A stretch of DNA of 64,000 nt. Origin: a virus. Location of the stretch: the IMG/VR virus record IMGVR_UViG_3300044701_002547, positions 1-64,000 of that record; one strand, written 5' to 3'. The position numbers and the translations under genes were made by a program. This document shows, piece after piece, positions 11,501 to 21,000 of this stretch. Under the pieces are notes generated by a model. It was not told the DNA's origin and did not search any database. It saw only the letters and a list, made by a program, of their open reading frames with translations. Position 1 is the first letter of the stretch; each line of letters begins with the position of its first letter.

Positions 11501-13737
11501 TATTAGATTTTGTTGGCGCTGGAATAACTGCAACTGTTTCTGGTGGAACCGCGACTATTACTTTAGATATAAATTCTGTTCAGGGGGTACAGGGTATACA
11601 AGGATCTCAGGGTATCCAGGGTCGCCAGGGGATTCAGGGTATCCAAGGTACTCAAGGAACTCAAGGTATCCAAGGTACTCAAGGTATCCAAGGTACTCAA
11701 GGAACTCAAGGTATTCAGGGTACTCAAGGTACTCAAGGTACTCAAGGTATCCAAGGTACTCAAGGTACTCAGGGAACTCAAGGTATTCAGGGTATCCAAG
11801 GTACTCAGGGAACCCAAGGAACCCAAGGAACTCAAGGAACTCAAGGAACCCAGGGAATACAAGGAATTCAAGGCACTCAAGGCACTCAAGGTGCTCAGGG
11901 TATCCAGGGTACTCAAGGAACCCAGGGAACCCAGGGAATACAAGGAATTCAAGGAATCCAGGGAATTCAAGGCATTCAAGGTGCTCAGGGAACACAAGGA
12001 ACTCAAGGTATTCAGGGTATCCAAGGTACGCAAGGAACTCAGGGCACTCAGGGAACTCAAGGTATTCAGGGTATCCAAGGTACGCAAGGAACTCAGGGCA
12101 CTCAGGGAACTCAAGGTATTCAGGGTATCCAAGGTACGCAAGGAACTCAGGGCACTCAGGGAACTCAAGGTATTCAGGGTATCCAAGGTACTCAGGGAAC
12201 CCAGGGCACACAAGGTTTACAGGGTCTTCAGGGTAATAATAATGGTGGATTTACTGTTGTTAATGATGAATCGACAAATGCAGCACGATTTATTGTATTT
12301 GAAGATGTAACTTCTGGCATTTCTACGAATGTTGGTGTTTCTTCCACAAAGTTAGTATTCAATCCTTCAACTGGTAATCTTGGTGTTGGTAATACAAATC
12401 CAGGAGCAAAATTAGATGTTGCTGGTGATATAAGACTTTCTGCTGCTGACCCAGAAATTGAGTTAAATTCTGGTGGTCCAAGATTAAAAGTTCCAGTAGC
12501 AAATACTTTAACCATTCATACTGGGGGTGGATTAAATACAACTTCAAACGAAGCAGTAAGAATTAATACTATTGGTGTTGGTATAGGAACCACAAATCCA
12601 GTAGCAACTCTACAAGTCAAAGATGCTCTGGCATTTGAGACTACAAACACCACAACCACAAACACCAACCAAGTTGCAGTAGATACTTTCGCAACGGCAA
12701 CATTCCGTTCTGCAAAATATCACGTTCAATTAACTTGCCCAGGGCAGATTTCAGTATTAGGTGGTATTACAACTGGAGGAAGAGGGTACACTGCAGGAAC
12801 ATTTAATATAAACTTCACAACCTCTTCTGGTAATGGTTCTGCGGCACAAGGAACTCTTACAATTTCAAACGGAACTGTAGGACAATTGAGTGTAATTTCT
12901 GGGGGAACTGGATATACTACAAATGATGTCTTGACCGCATCAGGTGGTTCAGGACTTCAGGTTTCTGTTGCATCTACTGGTGCATCTGGTCAAATTCTTA
13001 CACTTGGTTCTATCACAAGTGCTGGTATTGGTTATACTGCTGGTGTTGGAGTTGGAACCACATCACTCACATTCTTGGGTGGAACTGGAACTGGTGCAGT
13101 AGGACTTGCAACTATCTTTGATGGAGTCATTACAAGTTCCCTATTACTTCAGCAACCAACTACAGGAACTGGTGGAACTGTTTATTATTCTGGTTCTAAC
13201 TACTCGACTGCATCAGTCCTTTCAGTTGATAGAACTACACTCACAAATACGATTACAACAATTACTGGTTCTGTAGGTGTTTCTACATTCACATCACTTA
13301 CAGCACACGGATTGTTTGTGAATGACATTATCCGTTCTTCTAGCACCTCTAATGGACTAACCGCTGGTACTGATTATTATGTTGTAAGCATTCCAACAAC
13401 AACAACATTTACTCTTGGAACTTCACTTGGAGTTGGCATAACATTTACTGCTGGTACTTCACTTGCAATTGGTTTCTATCGCAACAGTTCAAATGCTGGA
13501 GGACAGGTTGCTTATACAAATGCAATCACGGGAGTTTCAACAAATTATCAAGTCAGTGATATTTTAGTTCTTCAGGATGGAACTACTGCCGACTTTGTTG
13601 AATATGCTGGAATTGCAAATAATGATATTCTCGGAACCTTTAGTGCTGATATTTCTGGTGCAAATGCAAGATTACTACTTACTCCAACCTATCCAAACAA
13701 TAATGTGAAAGTTGTGAGGCAGGTAATTACGTTATGA
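5569..13737 (+). CDS. Giant collagen-like tail fibre protein 1 (2722 aa)
   Basis: Three uninterrupted G-[T/I]-Q blocks separated by fibre domains (GNVGIATT, TATKLETARTFEITGDV, C-terminal RSAKY...LVLQDGT). Confidence 0.9.
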   Translation: MAKYTSGRQKNLKVGISSYSEDLTSIQVIGNVGIATTNATSKLWVEGDGYFSGVVTSKNFYVGDQLVGAGGSFADLTVSGVSTLGITSISQLYVSGITTLAALGGITTTGGDLYVGGDLYVSDDVFFDDITARNLKITGISTLGVTTVTYLTAQNINSSGIVTGSTFRPSTGFVQAADGTNAFYIYDGTGNVAFQGTIGASQINNSQGYKVIGFAGTDITFENNVYTAGVTTSVGGFEGDLTGTATTATKLETARTFEITGDVVASSISFDGTGNVSLAATIQPNSVELGTDTFGNYVQSISGTANQIYVTSGSGEGSTPVVSISTNPILPGNVTIQNDLQVNNNLNVTGNITVGGTTALIYAEELVITDKEIILGFTTDGSGNEVSNDITATGGGIAIASTEGNPLVNLYVAGIHTHPNTYKDIAWFRANSITGLATDAWLFNYAVGIGSTQFPSGTRLAVGNVQVTDTEIAASRFIGTATSLDINALTTIVDPQATDFIAIYDVSGSVVGKATIQDAALQGIQGIQGIQGTQGTQGIQGIQGIQGIQGTQGTQGTQGIQGTQGTQGTQGIQGIQGIQGTQGTQGTQGIQGIQGIQGIQGTQGTQGTQGTQGIQGIQGTQGTQGTQGIQGIQGTQGTQGTQGTQGIQGIQGIQGTQGTQGIQGIQGTQGTQGTQGTQGIQGIQGIQGTQGTQGTQGIQGTQGTQGTQGTQGTQGIQGTQGTQGIQGIQGTQGTQGTQGTQGIQGIQGTQGTQGTQGIQGTQGTQGIQGIQGTQGIQGIQGTQGTQGTQGTQGTQGTQGIQGIQGTQGTQGTQGTQGIQGTQGIQGIQGTQGTQGIQGIQGTQGTQGTQGIQGIQGTQGTQGIQGIQGTQGTQGTQGTQGIQGIQGTQGTQGTQGTQGIQGIQGTQGTQGTQGIQGIQGTQGTQGTQGIQGTQGTQGTQGTQGIQGIQGTQGTQGIQGIQGTQGTQGIQGIQGTQGTQGTQGTQGIQGIQGTQGTQGIQGIQGTQGTQGTQGTQGTQGTQGIQGTVGPIAGSNTQVIFNDNGVSGASTNFTFDKTTSTVQIGGSAGTGIGINTNTITGPSQITIDPAAIGNDTGVVRIRGDLYVDGTTTTINSTTVEIADAQIGIATTVGTNILLDGAGIGIGSTSIRKTITWNNTASALTSSEDWNVASGKQYEIAGTSVLTSTTLGTGVTNSNIRNANPGFISDRPEVSPVANDYLLYVTNDGTTLRKATIQNAALQGIQGIQGIQGTQGTQGIQGIQGTQGTQGTQGTQGTQGTQGIQGTQGTQGTQGIQGIQGIQGIQGTQGTQGTQGIQGTQGLQGTQGTQGTQGTQGTQGIQGIQGIQGTQGTQGTQGTQGTQGTQGTQGTQGIQGTQGTQGIQGIQGTQGTQGTQGTQGIQGIQGTQGTQGTQGTQGIQGIQGTQGTQGTQGTQGTQGIQGIQGTQGTQGTQGTQGIQGTQGTQGTQGIQGTQGTQGIQGIQGIQGTQGTQGTQGIQGIQGTQGTQGTQGIQGIQGTQGTQGIQGIQGTQGTQGIQGIQGTQGTQGTQGTQGTQGTQGIQGTQGTQGIQGIQGTQGTQGIQGIQGTQGTQGTQGIQGTQGTQGTQGIQGTQGTQGTQGIQGIQGTQGTQGTQGIQGIQGTQGTQGTQGIQGIQGTQGTQGTQGTQGTQGTQGTQGTQGTQGIQGIQGTQGTQGTQGTQGTQGIQGTQGIQGTQGTQGTQGIQGTQGIQGTQGTQGTQGIQGIQGTQGTQGIQGRQGIQGITGPVAGSANQVVYKDASNNPTGSNNLTFDGSNLYVGGNITVGGTTAFLAVNEIKVKDKDIVLGITTDAFGNDISTDITANHGGIAIASTVGTPLINIDVVGIDSIPSTYKQIMWIKGGTLGAGTTDAWIFNYGVGIGSTQVPNGVRLAAGGIQVEDNITRINAIDVDKISPNGTDFGAATYVPIANGDGTWGWGAVSSAGAATTSSITIKDEGNLKGNATILDFVGAGITATVSGGTATITLDINSVQGVQGIQGSQGIQGRQGIQGIQGTQGTQGIQGTQGIQGTQGTQGIQGTQGTQGTQGIQGTQGTQGTQGIQGIQGTQGTQGTQGTQGTQGTQGIQGIQGTQGTQGAQGIQGTQGTQGTQGIQGIQGIQGIQGIQGAQGTQGTQGIQGIQGTQGTQGTQGTQGIQGIQGTQGTQGTQGTQGIQGIQGTQGTQGTQGTQGIQGIQGTQGTQGTQGLQGLQGNNNGGFTVVNDESTNAARFIVFEDVTSGISTNVGVSSTKLVFNPSTGNLGVGNTNPGAKLDVAGDIRLSAADPEIELNSGGPRLKVPVANTLTIHTGGGLNTTSNEAVRINTIGVGIGTTNPVATLQVKDALAFETTNTTTTNTNQVAVDTFATATFRSAKYHVQLTCPGQISVLGGITTGGRGYTAGTFNINFTTSSGNGSAAQGTLTISNGTVGQLSVISGGTGYTTNDVLTASGGSGLQVSVASTGASGQILTLGSITSAGIGYTAGVGVGTTSLTFLGGTGTGAVGLATIFDGVITSSLLLQQPTTGTGGTVYYSGSNYSTASVLSVDRTTLTNTITTITGSVGVSTFTSLTAHGLFVNDIIRSSSTSNGLTAGTDYYVVSIPTTTTFTLGTSLGVGITFTAGTSLAIGFYRNSSNAGGQVAYTNAITGVSTNYQVSDILVLQDGTTADFVEYAGIANNDILGTFSADISGANARLLLTPTYPNNNVKVVRQVITL
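7135..8637 (+). repeat. Collagen-like GXQ block, 167 triplets
   Basis: 1503 nt of 9-nt GGN-(ACN/ATH)-CAR units. Confidence 0.95.
9286..10833 (+). repeat. Collagen-like GXQ block, 172 triplets
   Basis: 1548 nt of 9-nt units. Confidence 0.95.
11584..12231 (+). repeat. Collagen-like GXQ block, 72 triplets
   Basis: 648 nt; includes about 3.5 exact copies of a 54-nt higher-order unit at 12001-12189. Confidence 0.95.
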
Positions 13738-15071
13738 GTATTATAAGAGATGGAATACAAAGTGCTGATTTAGATGTACCTGTAGTATCTCCAACGCTTA
13801 ATATAGACTTTGCAAACTCTCAAAGTTTAGACCCACGCATTACATTCACTCGGGGTTCGATTGGAACTTTTGTGAATAAGAATGGATTGATTGAGACAGC
13901 ACCAGCAAATCAACCAAGATTTGATTATGACCCGATTAGTGGTGAGTGTAGAGGACTTTTGATTGAGGAGAGTAGAAGTAATTATTTTCACGGAACTCAA
14001 CTTGGAAATGGTGGAAGTGTAAGTGATGGAACTGCTACGGGTGCTGATGGAGTGACTGCTAAAAAGTTTGTTCCTACTTTGGGAAATGCAGTTTTTCCTT
14101 CCATTTATAATTTTACAACTTATTCATTCACTGCTGCAAGTGGTGGAACAGTTGATGTTTCTTTTAGTGGTTATTTTACTGCAGTTGGAAATGGTTTGTA
14201 TGTTCCAGATATTGTAATTCAATTTGATACCGATGGAACATCAAATTACATTTTTGCAGAACTTTTACCTGATTTAACAAATGGAAATATTGTTTCCAAA
14301 TCTTTAAGTGGTGCATCTGGATTTTCTGAGTTGATTGCTCCACAAATTACATTAATGCCTTTTGGAATGTATAAAGTAGTTTGGAGTATAAGATATACTC
14401 AAGGAGCAACAATAAGAAATCGTGCTTCATTTTATATTCAGTGTCGTAGAAAAAATAGTCCGACAGGTGCAACAGGAACTTATTATGCTGATGGTATAAA
14501 TGGATTTCAGTTTTCTTGTCTTCAGTATGAGATTGGAGCATTTCCAACATCTTATATACCAACAACGACATCATCAGTCACAAGAAGTGCTGATGTTGCT
14601 TCTATAACTGGAACTAATTTTACGAGTTGGTTTGGTTCTCCAACAGATTTAAGTGTTTTCTTTTCTGGTGTTGCACCTTATGCTTCTAATAATGGTGCAT
14701 ACTATTGGCAACTTACAAATACGGCAATCACCGAAAGAATACTGTTTAGATATGCTGGACTTCCCCAAGTTATACCTTACTATAATAGTACAAGTATTGG
14801 TGGTGTTTTTGGAAATGCAAGTCAAGTTAGAGATATAAAAAGTGTTGCTATGATTGATAATAAAAGTGTAGCAATAGCAATTAATGATGGAAATATTAAA
14901 TATCAATTTGCAAGATTAAATATTCCAAGAATACCAACTACATCTACATTTTCTACATTAAATATAGGTTCTTCTCATAATGGATTTAATTATTTAAACG
15001 GAACTATAAGAAAACTTTCTTATTATCCAAAACGAATATTGGATAATCAAGCAGTATATCTAACACAATAA
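13734..15071 (+). CDS. Fibre/spike-associated putative carbohydrate-binding protein, paralog 1
   Basis: LDPRITFTRGS...PRFDYDP...GLLIEESR...FPTSYIPT...VTRSAD...YYPKR framework. Confidence 0.75.
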   Translation: MSIIRDGIQSADLDVPVVSPTLNIDFANSQSLDPRITFTRGSIGTFVNKNGLIETAPANQPRFDYDPISGECRGLLIEESRSNYFHGTQLGNGGSVSDGTATGADGVTAKKFVPTLGNAVFPSIYNFTTYSFTAASGGTVDVSFSGYFTAVGNGLYVPDIVIQFDTDGTSNYIFAELLPDLTNGNIVSKSLSGASGFSELIAPQITLMPFGMYKVVWSIRYTQGATIRNRASFYIQCRRKNSPTGATGTYYADGINGFQFSCLQYEIGAFPTSYIPTTTSSVTRSADVASITGTNFTSWFGSPTDLSVFFSGVAPYASNNGAYYWQLTNTAITERILFRYAGLPQVIPYYNSTSIGGVFGNASQVRDIKSVAMIDNKSVAIAINDGNIKYQFARLNIPRIPTTSTFSTLNIGSSHNGFNYLNGTIRKLSYYPKRILDNQAVYLTQ

Positions 15072-15075
15072 GAAG

Positions 15076-16413
15076 ATGTCTAAAATACTCATAGGTCGTG
15101 GTGATACTGATTTAGATTATCCAATCTGTCGTCCAAGTTTAGATTTGGATTTCACACAAGAAGAGTTAGACCCTCGCATTACATTCACCAGAGGAAGTAT
15201 TGGAACTCGGGTCAATCGTAATCGTTTGATTGAAACTGTTGATACAAATCAGCCAAGATTTGATTATGACCCTGTGACTGGTGAGTGTAAGGGATTATTG
15301 ATTGAGGAGAGTAGATATAATGATTGGTTATATTCGGGACAAAATGTAACTACCAGTTGGAGTACTGGAGGTACAGGTACTTTAAGTATAGATACAACAC
15401 AAATTGCTCCAGACGGAAGTACAAACACAATTAAATTTACTGAAAGTACTACAACTGCGAGTGGAAGAAGATTTAGTCAAAATATAACTGTAGCATCTGG
15501 AACTTCTTATACTGTTTCGGTATTTGCAAAGCAACCAACTGGTTCTGCTCCAAGATATTTTAGTATATTATTTTGGAATACTGCATTTACTACTTTTCAA
15601 ATTATAACTTTTGACCCACTAAATGGAAGAGTTTTATCTAATAGTTCTGGAAATACTACATTCGTAGAAAAATATCCAAATGGTTGGTGGAGATTTGGTG
15701 CAACAGCAACAGCAACAGCATCTGTAAATATTGGATTTGATTTTAGATTTACAAATAGTGTTAGTTCTGGTGGAAATAATGGTGGTCCTTATGGAAACTA
15801 TACTGGTGATGGAAATTCTTATTTGTATTTCTTTGGACCACAAGTTGAAAATGGTGCTTTTATGACTTCTTTTATACCTACTTCTGCTTCAAGGGTTACT
15901 CGTTCTGCTGACCTTGCTTCTATGACTGGAACTAACTTCTCAAGTTGGTATAATTCAAGTGAGGGAACCTTATACGCAGACCTCAATAACATCACTACTC
16001 GTTCTTCACTTACTTATGATGCATTTGTTTCACTTACAGGAACAGATGTAAATAGAAATGTAATGAGAATTTATACACAAACTGCATCTGGAGGAGCAGC
16101 GCAAAACCAATTTTTTGGTGCAGTTTCATACTCTCCTGATGGTTCTTATACATTTAATAGTTTTGATACTACTGTATCTGGAAGTCCTCAAAGAATTGGA
16201 AAAGCAATTCTTGCATATAAAAAAGATGATTTTGCATTTACTGTGAATGGATTAAAACCTGCAACTGATAGAAGTGGTGATATTCCTACTTGCAATCAGT
16301 TGTTGATTTATGGTGCCTCAAGATTTCAATCGGCACCATCAGGATACATAAAAAGACTTACTTATTATCCAAGAAGACTTAAAGATAATCAACTTCAATA
16401 TCTAACACAATAA
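15076..16413 (+). CDS. Fibre/spike-associated putative carbohydrate-binding protein, paralog 2
   Basis: Same framework; APDG and YPNGWWR motifs. Confidence 0.75.
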   Translation: MSKILIGRGDTDLDYPICRPSLDLDFTQEELDPRITFTRGSIGTRVNRNRLIETVDTNQPRFDYDPVTGECKGLLIEESRYNDWLYSGQNVTTSWSTGGTGTLSIDTTQIAPDGSTNTIKFTESTTTASGRRFSQNITVASGTSYTVSVFAKQPTGSAPRYFSILFWNTAFTTFQIITFDPLNGRVLSNSSGNTTFVEKYPNGWWRFGATATATASVNIGFDFRFTNSVSSGGNNGGPYGNYTGDGNSYLYFFGPQVENGAFMTSFIPTSASRVTRSADLASMTGTNFSSWYNSSEGTLYADLNNITTRSSLTYDAFVSLTGTDVNRNVMRIYTQTASGGAAQNQFFGAVSYSPDGSYTFNSFDTTVSGSPQRIGKAILAYKKDDFAFTVNGLKPATDRSGDIPTCNQLLIYGASRFQSAPSGYIKRLTYYPRRLKDNQLQYLTQ

Positions 16414-16414
16414 G

Positions 16415-17713
16415 ATGTCTATACTTTCTCTTCAAAAACAATCACAAAACACAGATTTTCCAAATCTTCGTCCTTCTTTGGATTTGAGATTTGCTCTTGC
16501 GAAAAAGTTAGACCCACGTATTACATTCACTCGTGGAAGTACAGGAACTTATTTTGGTCCTGATGGCCTTATGAAAACTGCTATTGCGAATGAACCAAGA
16601 TTCGACCACGACCCAATCACAGGACAAAGTTTGGGATTGTTGATTGAGGAGAGTAGGCAGAACTTATTGACTTATAGTCAAGATTTTAGTAATGCTATTT
16701 ACGGTCTTGGTAGTGGTGCAATATCTATAAATCTTATTACTGCACCTGATGGAAATACAACGGCAGATGCATTTATAGAAAATACAACATCAAATGCCTA
16801 CCATTATTTTAATCAATTTATAACAAAAGCAGCATCATCAATTACATATACTTTTTCTATTTTTGTAAAATCAAAAGGAAATAGAAGAGTTGGATTAAGA
16901 ATTGAGTCCGGTGGTTCTGGTGTTGTAGGAGAATTTAATGTAGTTTCTGGAACAGTTCATTCAAATCCCGGAACTTATGGAAGTGGTTTTTCCAGTGCGT
17001 CTTCATCAATAGTTAAGTATCCAAATGATTGGTATAGGGTAATACTAACTGTTACTTCAAATACCTCTACTTCTCTATTCATTCAACTTTATTTGGTTAA
17101 CAGTATTACAAATTCCTCAGTATATACAGGTGACGGAACATCAGGAATCTATATCTGGGGAGCACAATTAGAAGCAGGAGCATTTCCAACATCTTATATA
17201 CCAACAACTGCATCTACAGTCACAAGAAGTGCTGATAATGCTTCTATGGAGGGAATTAATTTCTCAAGTTGGTTTAATTCAAACGAAGGAAGTTTTATTT
17301 CAAGTCATATTCAAATAGATGTAGCAGATACAACTAAAAATCACGGTTTATTTTCTGTATCTCAATCTGGAACATCTAATTACATTCGTTTGTTTTCTGG
17401 TGGTGGAAGAACACCAGTTTTAAGTATAGTTAAGGACGGAACAACAAGTGTATATACACTTGGTTCAATCTTTTATTCTGCAAATAGATTAATGAAAACT
17501 GGATGTTCTTATTCATCAACTATAGCATCAAGAACTATTAATGGAAATACACCTATAACTGATAGTTCTGTTCTATTACCGACAAGTCCAAACAATATCA
17601 TAATAGGTAGTGCTCCTGGAACTGGCGTTACTTATTTAAACGGAACCATAAGTCGTCTCACCTATTATCCAATCCAACTCACCAATCAACAACTCATAAA
17701 TCTCACCTCATAA
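16415..17713 (+). CDS. Fibre/spike-associated putative carbohydrate-binding protein, paralog 3
   Basis: Same framework; YTGDGTSGIYIWGAQLEAGAFPTSYIPT. Confidence 0.75.
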   Translation: MSILSLQKQSQNTDFPNLRPSLDLRFALAKKLDPRITFTRGSTGTYFGPDGLMKTAIANEPRFDHDPITGQSLGLLIEESRQNLLTYSQDFSNAIYGLGSGAISINLITAPDGNTTADAFIENTTSNAYHYFNQFITKAASSITYTFSIFVKSKGNRRVGLRIESGGSGVVGEFNVVSGTVHSNPGTYGSGFSSASSSIVKYPNDWYRVILTVTSNTSTSLFIQLYLVNSITNSSVYTGDGTSGIYIWGAQLEAGAFPTSYIPTTASTVTRSADNASMEGINFSSWFNSNEGSFISSHIQIDVADTTKNHGLFSVSQSGTSNYIRLFSGGGRTPVLSIVKDGTTSVYTLGSIFYSANRLMKTGCSYSSTIASRTINGNTPITDSSVLLPTSPNNIIIGSAPGTGVTYLNGTISRLTYYPIQLTNQQLINLTS

Positions 17714-17731
17714 ATACTAATAAAACATATT

Positions 17732-18088
17732 ATGATTGATTACTACTTAAAGTTTTCATCAAAAGAAGAAGCATTATCGGCACTTAAAGTTGCTGGATAT
17801 ACGATGCCGAAAGAACAGATTTATGAGATTGATGAGAACTTAACAGCATATCAAGATGAAGATTATATCATTTCAGCAACTCATTCTTATTGTATAGATG
17901 AAGTTGGAACTATTTACAAAGGTGGTAAGTGGGAACCAAATGAAGCAGGTGAGATGATTACAATTGAAGATCCTATAAAACTTGATGGTTGGCATATTAA
18001 TGTAAGAATTTTAAGTGGTGATATTGCTGAAAACCTAAGACAATTTGTAATTGATAATCCTAAGACACCTTATAGAATATTCGGGTAA
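17732..18088 (+). CDS. Hypothetical protein, probable fibre chaperone/partner
   Basis: MIDYYLKF...GWHINVR...PKTPYRIF; ATAAATA late promoter at 17710-17716. Confidence 0.65.
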   Translation: MIDYYLKFSSKEEALSALKVAGYTMPKEQIYEIDENLTAYQDEDYIISATHSYCIDEVGTIYKGGKWEPNEAGEMITIEDPIKLDGWHINVRILSGDIAENLRQFVIDNPKTPYRIFG

Positions 18089-18091
18089 TAA

Positions 18092-21000
18092 ATGGCAAAC
18101 CTATACGGAACTGGACCAAATCAAGTCCCTCTAAACTGTATGCTTGGGAACCTTGCGTTCCAGGATAAGGCATATGTAAGTGTTGATAAGGTTGGTATAG
18201 GAACCACATTTGTAGATAGTGGAACATCAGGACAGATATTACAGGTTTATGGTGGTGGTGCTTTTATTAGTGGTTCTGTTGGTATTGGAACCACAAACCC
18301 ATCACAACTTTTGGATGTAAATGGAAATATAAGACTTCGTGCTGGACTTTATGACATTAATAATCAAGTTGGTACGGCAACATCAGTTCTTACATCAACT
18401 GGTGCTGGAGTTTCTTGGGTTCCAATTGCAACAGCAGCTCTTCAGGGTCTTCAAGGTATTCAAGGTATTCAAGGTCGTCAGGGAATTCAGGGTACGCAGG
18501 GAACTCAAGGAATTCAGGGTATCCAAGGTACTCAAGGTACTCAAGGAATCCAAGGAACACAGGGAACTCAAGGTACTCAAGGTATTCAGGGCATCCAAGG
18601 AACTCAGGGAACTCAGGGTACTCAAGGTACGCAGGGAACTCAAGGAATTCAGGGTATCCAAGGTACGCAAGGAACTCAGGGTATTCAAGGAACTCAAGGA
18701 ACTCAGGGTACTCAAGGAATCCAGGGTATTCAGGGAATCCAGGGAACACAAGGAACACAAGGAACACAAGGAATCCAAGGAACTCAGGGTATTCAAGGTA
18801 TCCAAGGAACTCGGGGAACTCAGGGAACTCAGGGAACTCAGGGAACTCAGGGTATCCAAGGTACGCAAGGAACCCAAGGTACGCAAGGAATTCAGGGCAT
18901 TCAAGGTACTCAGGGAACTCAAGGAACTCAGGGTACTCAAGGAATCCAGGGAACTCAAGGTACTCAGGGAACACAAGGAACACAAGGAATCCAAGGAACT
19001 CAAGGTACTCAAGGTATTCAGGGCATCCAAGGAACTCAAGGAACCCAAGGAACACAAGGTACTCAAGGAACACAGGGTATTCAGGGCATCCAAGGAACAC
19101 AAGGTACTCAAGGCACTCAGGGTACTCAAGGTACTCAAGGAATTCAGGGTATCCAAGGTACTCAAGGTACTCAAGGAATCCAGGGTATCCAAGGTACTCA
19201 GGGAACCCAAGGTACGCAAGGAATTCAGGGCATTCAAGGTCGCCAGGGAATCCAAGGAACCCAAGGAACTCAGGGTATTCAAGGAACTCAAGGAACTCAA
19301 GGAACTCAAGGAATCCAGGGTATTCAGGGAATTACTGGTCCCGTAGCAGGTTCTGCAAATCAAGTTGTTTATAAGGATGGGTCTAATAATCCAACGGGAT
19401 CTGCTAATTTAACTTTTGATGGAACTACTTTACAGCACGGTGGTCCTGCTGGAACTGGTATTGGAATTAACAGTAATACGATTACTGGTCCTTCTCAAAT
19501 TACAATTGATCCTGCCGCAATTGGGAATGATACTGGTGCAGTAAGAATTAAGGGTGATCTTTATGTAGATGGAACTCAGTTTGTTGTTAATTCCACTACT
19601 ATTGAACTTGCCGATGCTCAGGTTGGTATCGCAACCACCGTAGGTACTAATATACTTCTTGATGGAGCTGGAATTGGAATTGGATCTATTGGTATTCGTA
19701 AGACAATTACATGGAACAATACCGCAAGCGCATTAACTTCCAGTGAGGATTGGAATGTCGCCTCCGGTAAACAATATGAGATTGCAGGAACTTCAGTATT
19801 AAGCGAAACAACTCTTGGAACAGGAGTCACAATCTCCAATATTCGTTCTGCAAATCCAGGGTTAATTTTTGATAGATCGGAAGTATCTCCTACATCAAAC
19901 GATTATCTTCTTTATGTCACTAATGATGGAACTACTTTAAGAAAAGCAACAATTCAAAATGCTGCTCTTCAAGGAGTTCAGGGCATTCAAGGTCGCCAGG
20001 GTATTCAAGGAACCCAAGGATCTCAAGGAATTCAGGGTATCCAAGGTACTCAAGGCACTCAAGGAACTCAGGGAATCCAAGGTCGTCAAGGAATCCAAGG
20101 AACTCAGGGTACTCAGGGAATCCAAGGAACACAAGGAACACAAGGTACTCAAGGAATCCAAGGAACTCAGGGTACTCAGGGAACTCAGGGAATACAAGGA
20201 ACACAGGGAACTCAAGGTACTCAAGGTATTCAGGGCATCCAAGGAACACAAGGAACACAAGGAACACAAGGTACTCAAGGAACACAGGGTATTCAGGGCA
20301 TCCAAGGAACACAAGGTACTCAAGGCACTCAGGGTACTCAAGGTACTCAAGGAACACAAGGTACGCAAGGAATTCAGGGCATTCAAGGTACTCAGGGAAC
20401 TCAAGGAACTCAAGGAATCCAAGGAACACAAGGTACTCAAGGTACTCAAGGTATTCAGGGTATCCAGGGTATTCAAGGTCGTCAGGGAATTCAAGGTACT
20501 CAAGGCACTCAAGGTACGCAGGGAACTCAAGGTATTCAAGGTATTCAAGGTATTCAAGGTACTCAAGGTACTCAAGGAATCCAAGGAACTCAAGGTACTC
20601 AAGGAATTCAGGGTATCCAGGGTATTCAAGGTCGTCAGGGAATTCAAGGTACTCAAGGCACTCAAGGTACGCAGGGAACTCAAGGTATTCAAGGTACTCA
20701 AGGCACTCAAGGAATCCAGGGTATTCAAGGTATTCAAGGAATCCAAGGTATTCAAGGTGCTAATAATGGTGGATTTACTGTTACAAACACCACGACAAAT
20801 ACAACCGCATACATTGGATTTGTAACCGTAACTTCTGGAGTTTCTACAATTCTTGGAGTGGGGAATACACTACTTCAATTTAATCCTTCTACTGGTGCTC
20901 TTGGAATTGGAACTGTTATCGATATTGTTCCTTATGATACTTTAAATTCTGGAACTCTAAGTTGGGAAGGTTCTGCCGGACAACTCTTCAGTATTACAAA

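Noticed and set aside
7067-12310. Long alternative-frame and antisense ORFs (LEFLEY, KVLKE, LSTLSS repeats) over fibre 1
   Set aside because: Automatic result of a 9-nt repeat with few stop codons in other frames; they begin and end with the repeat
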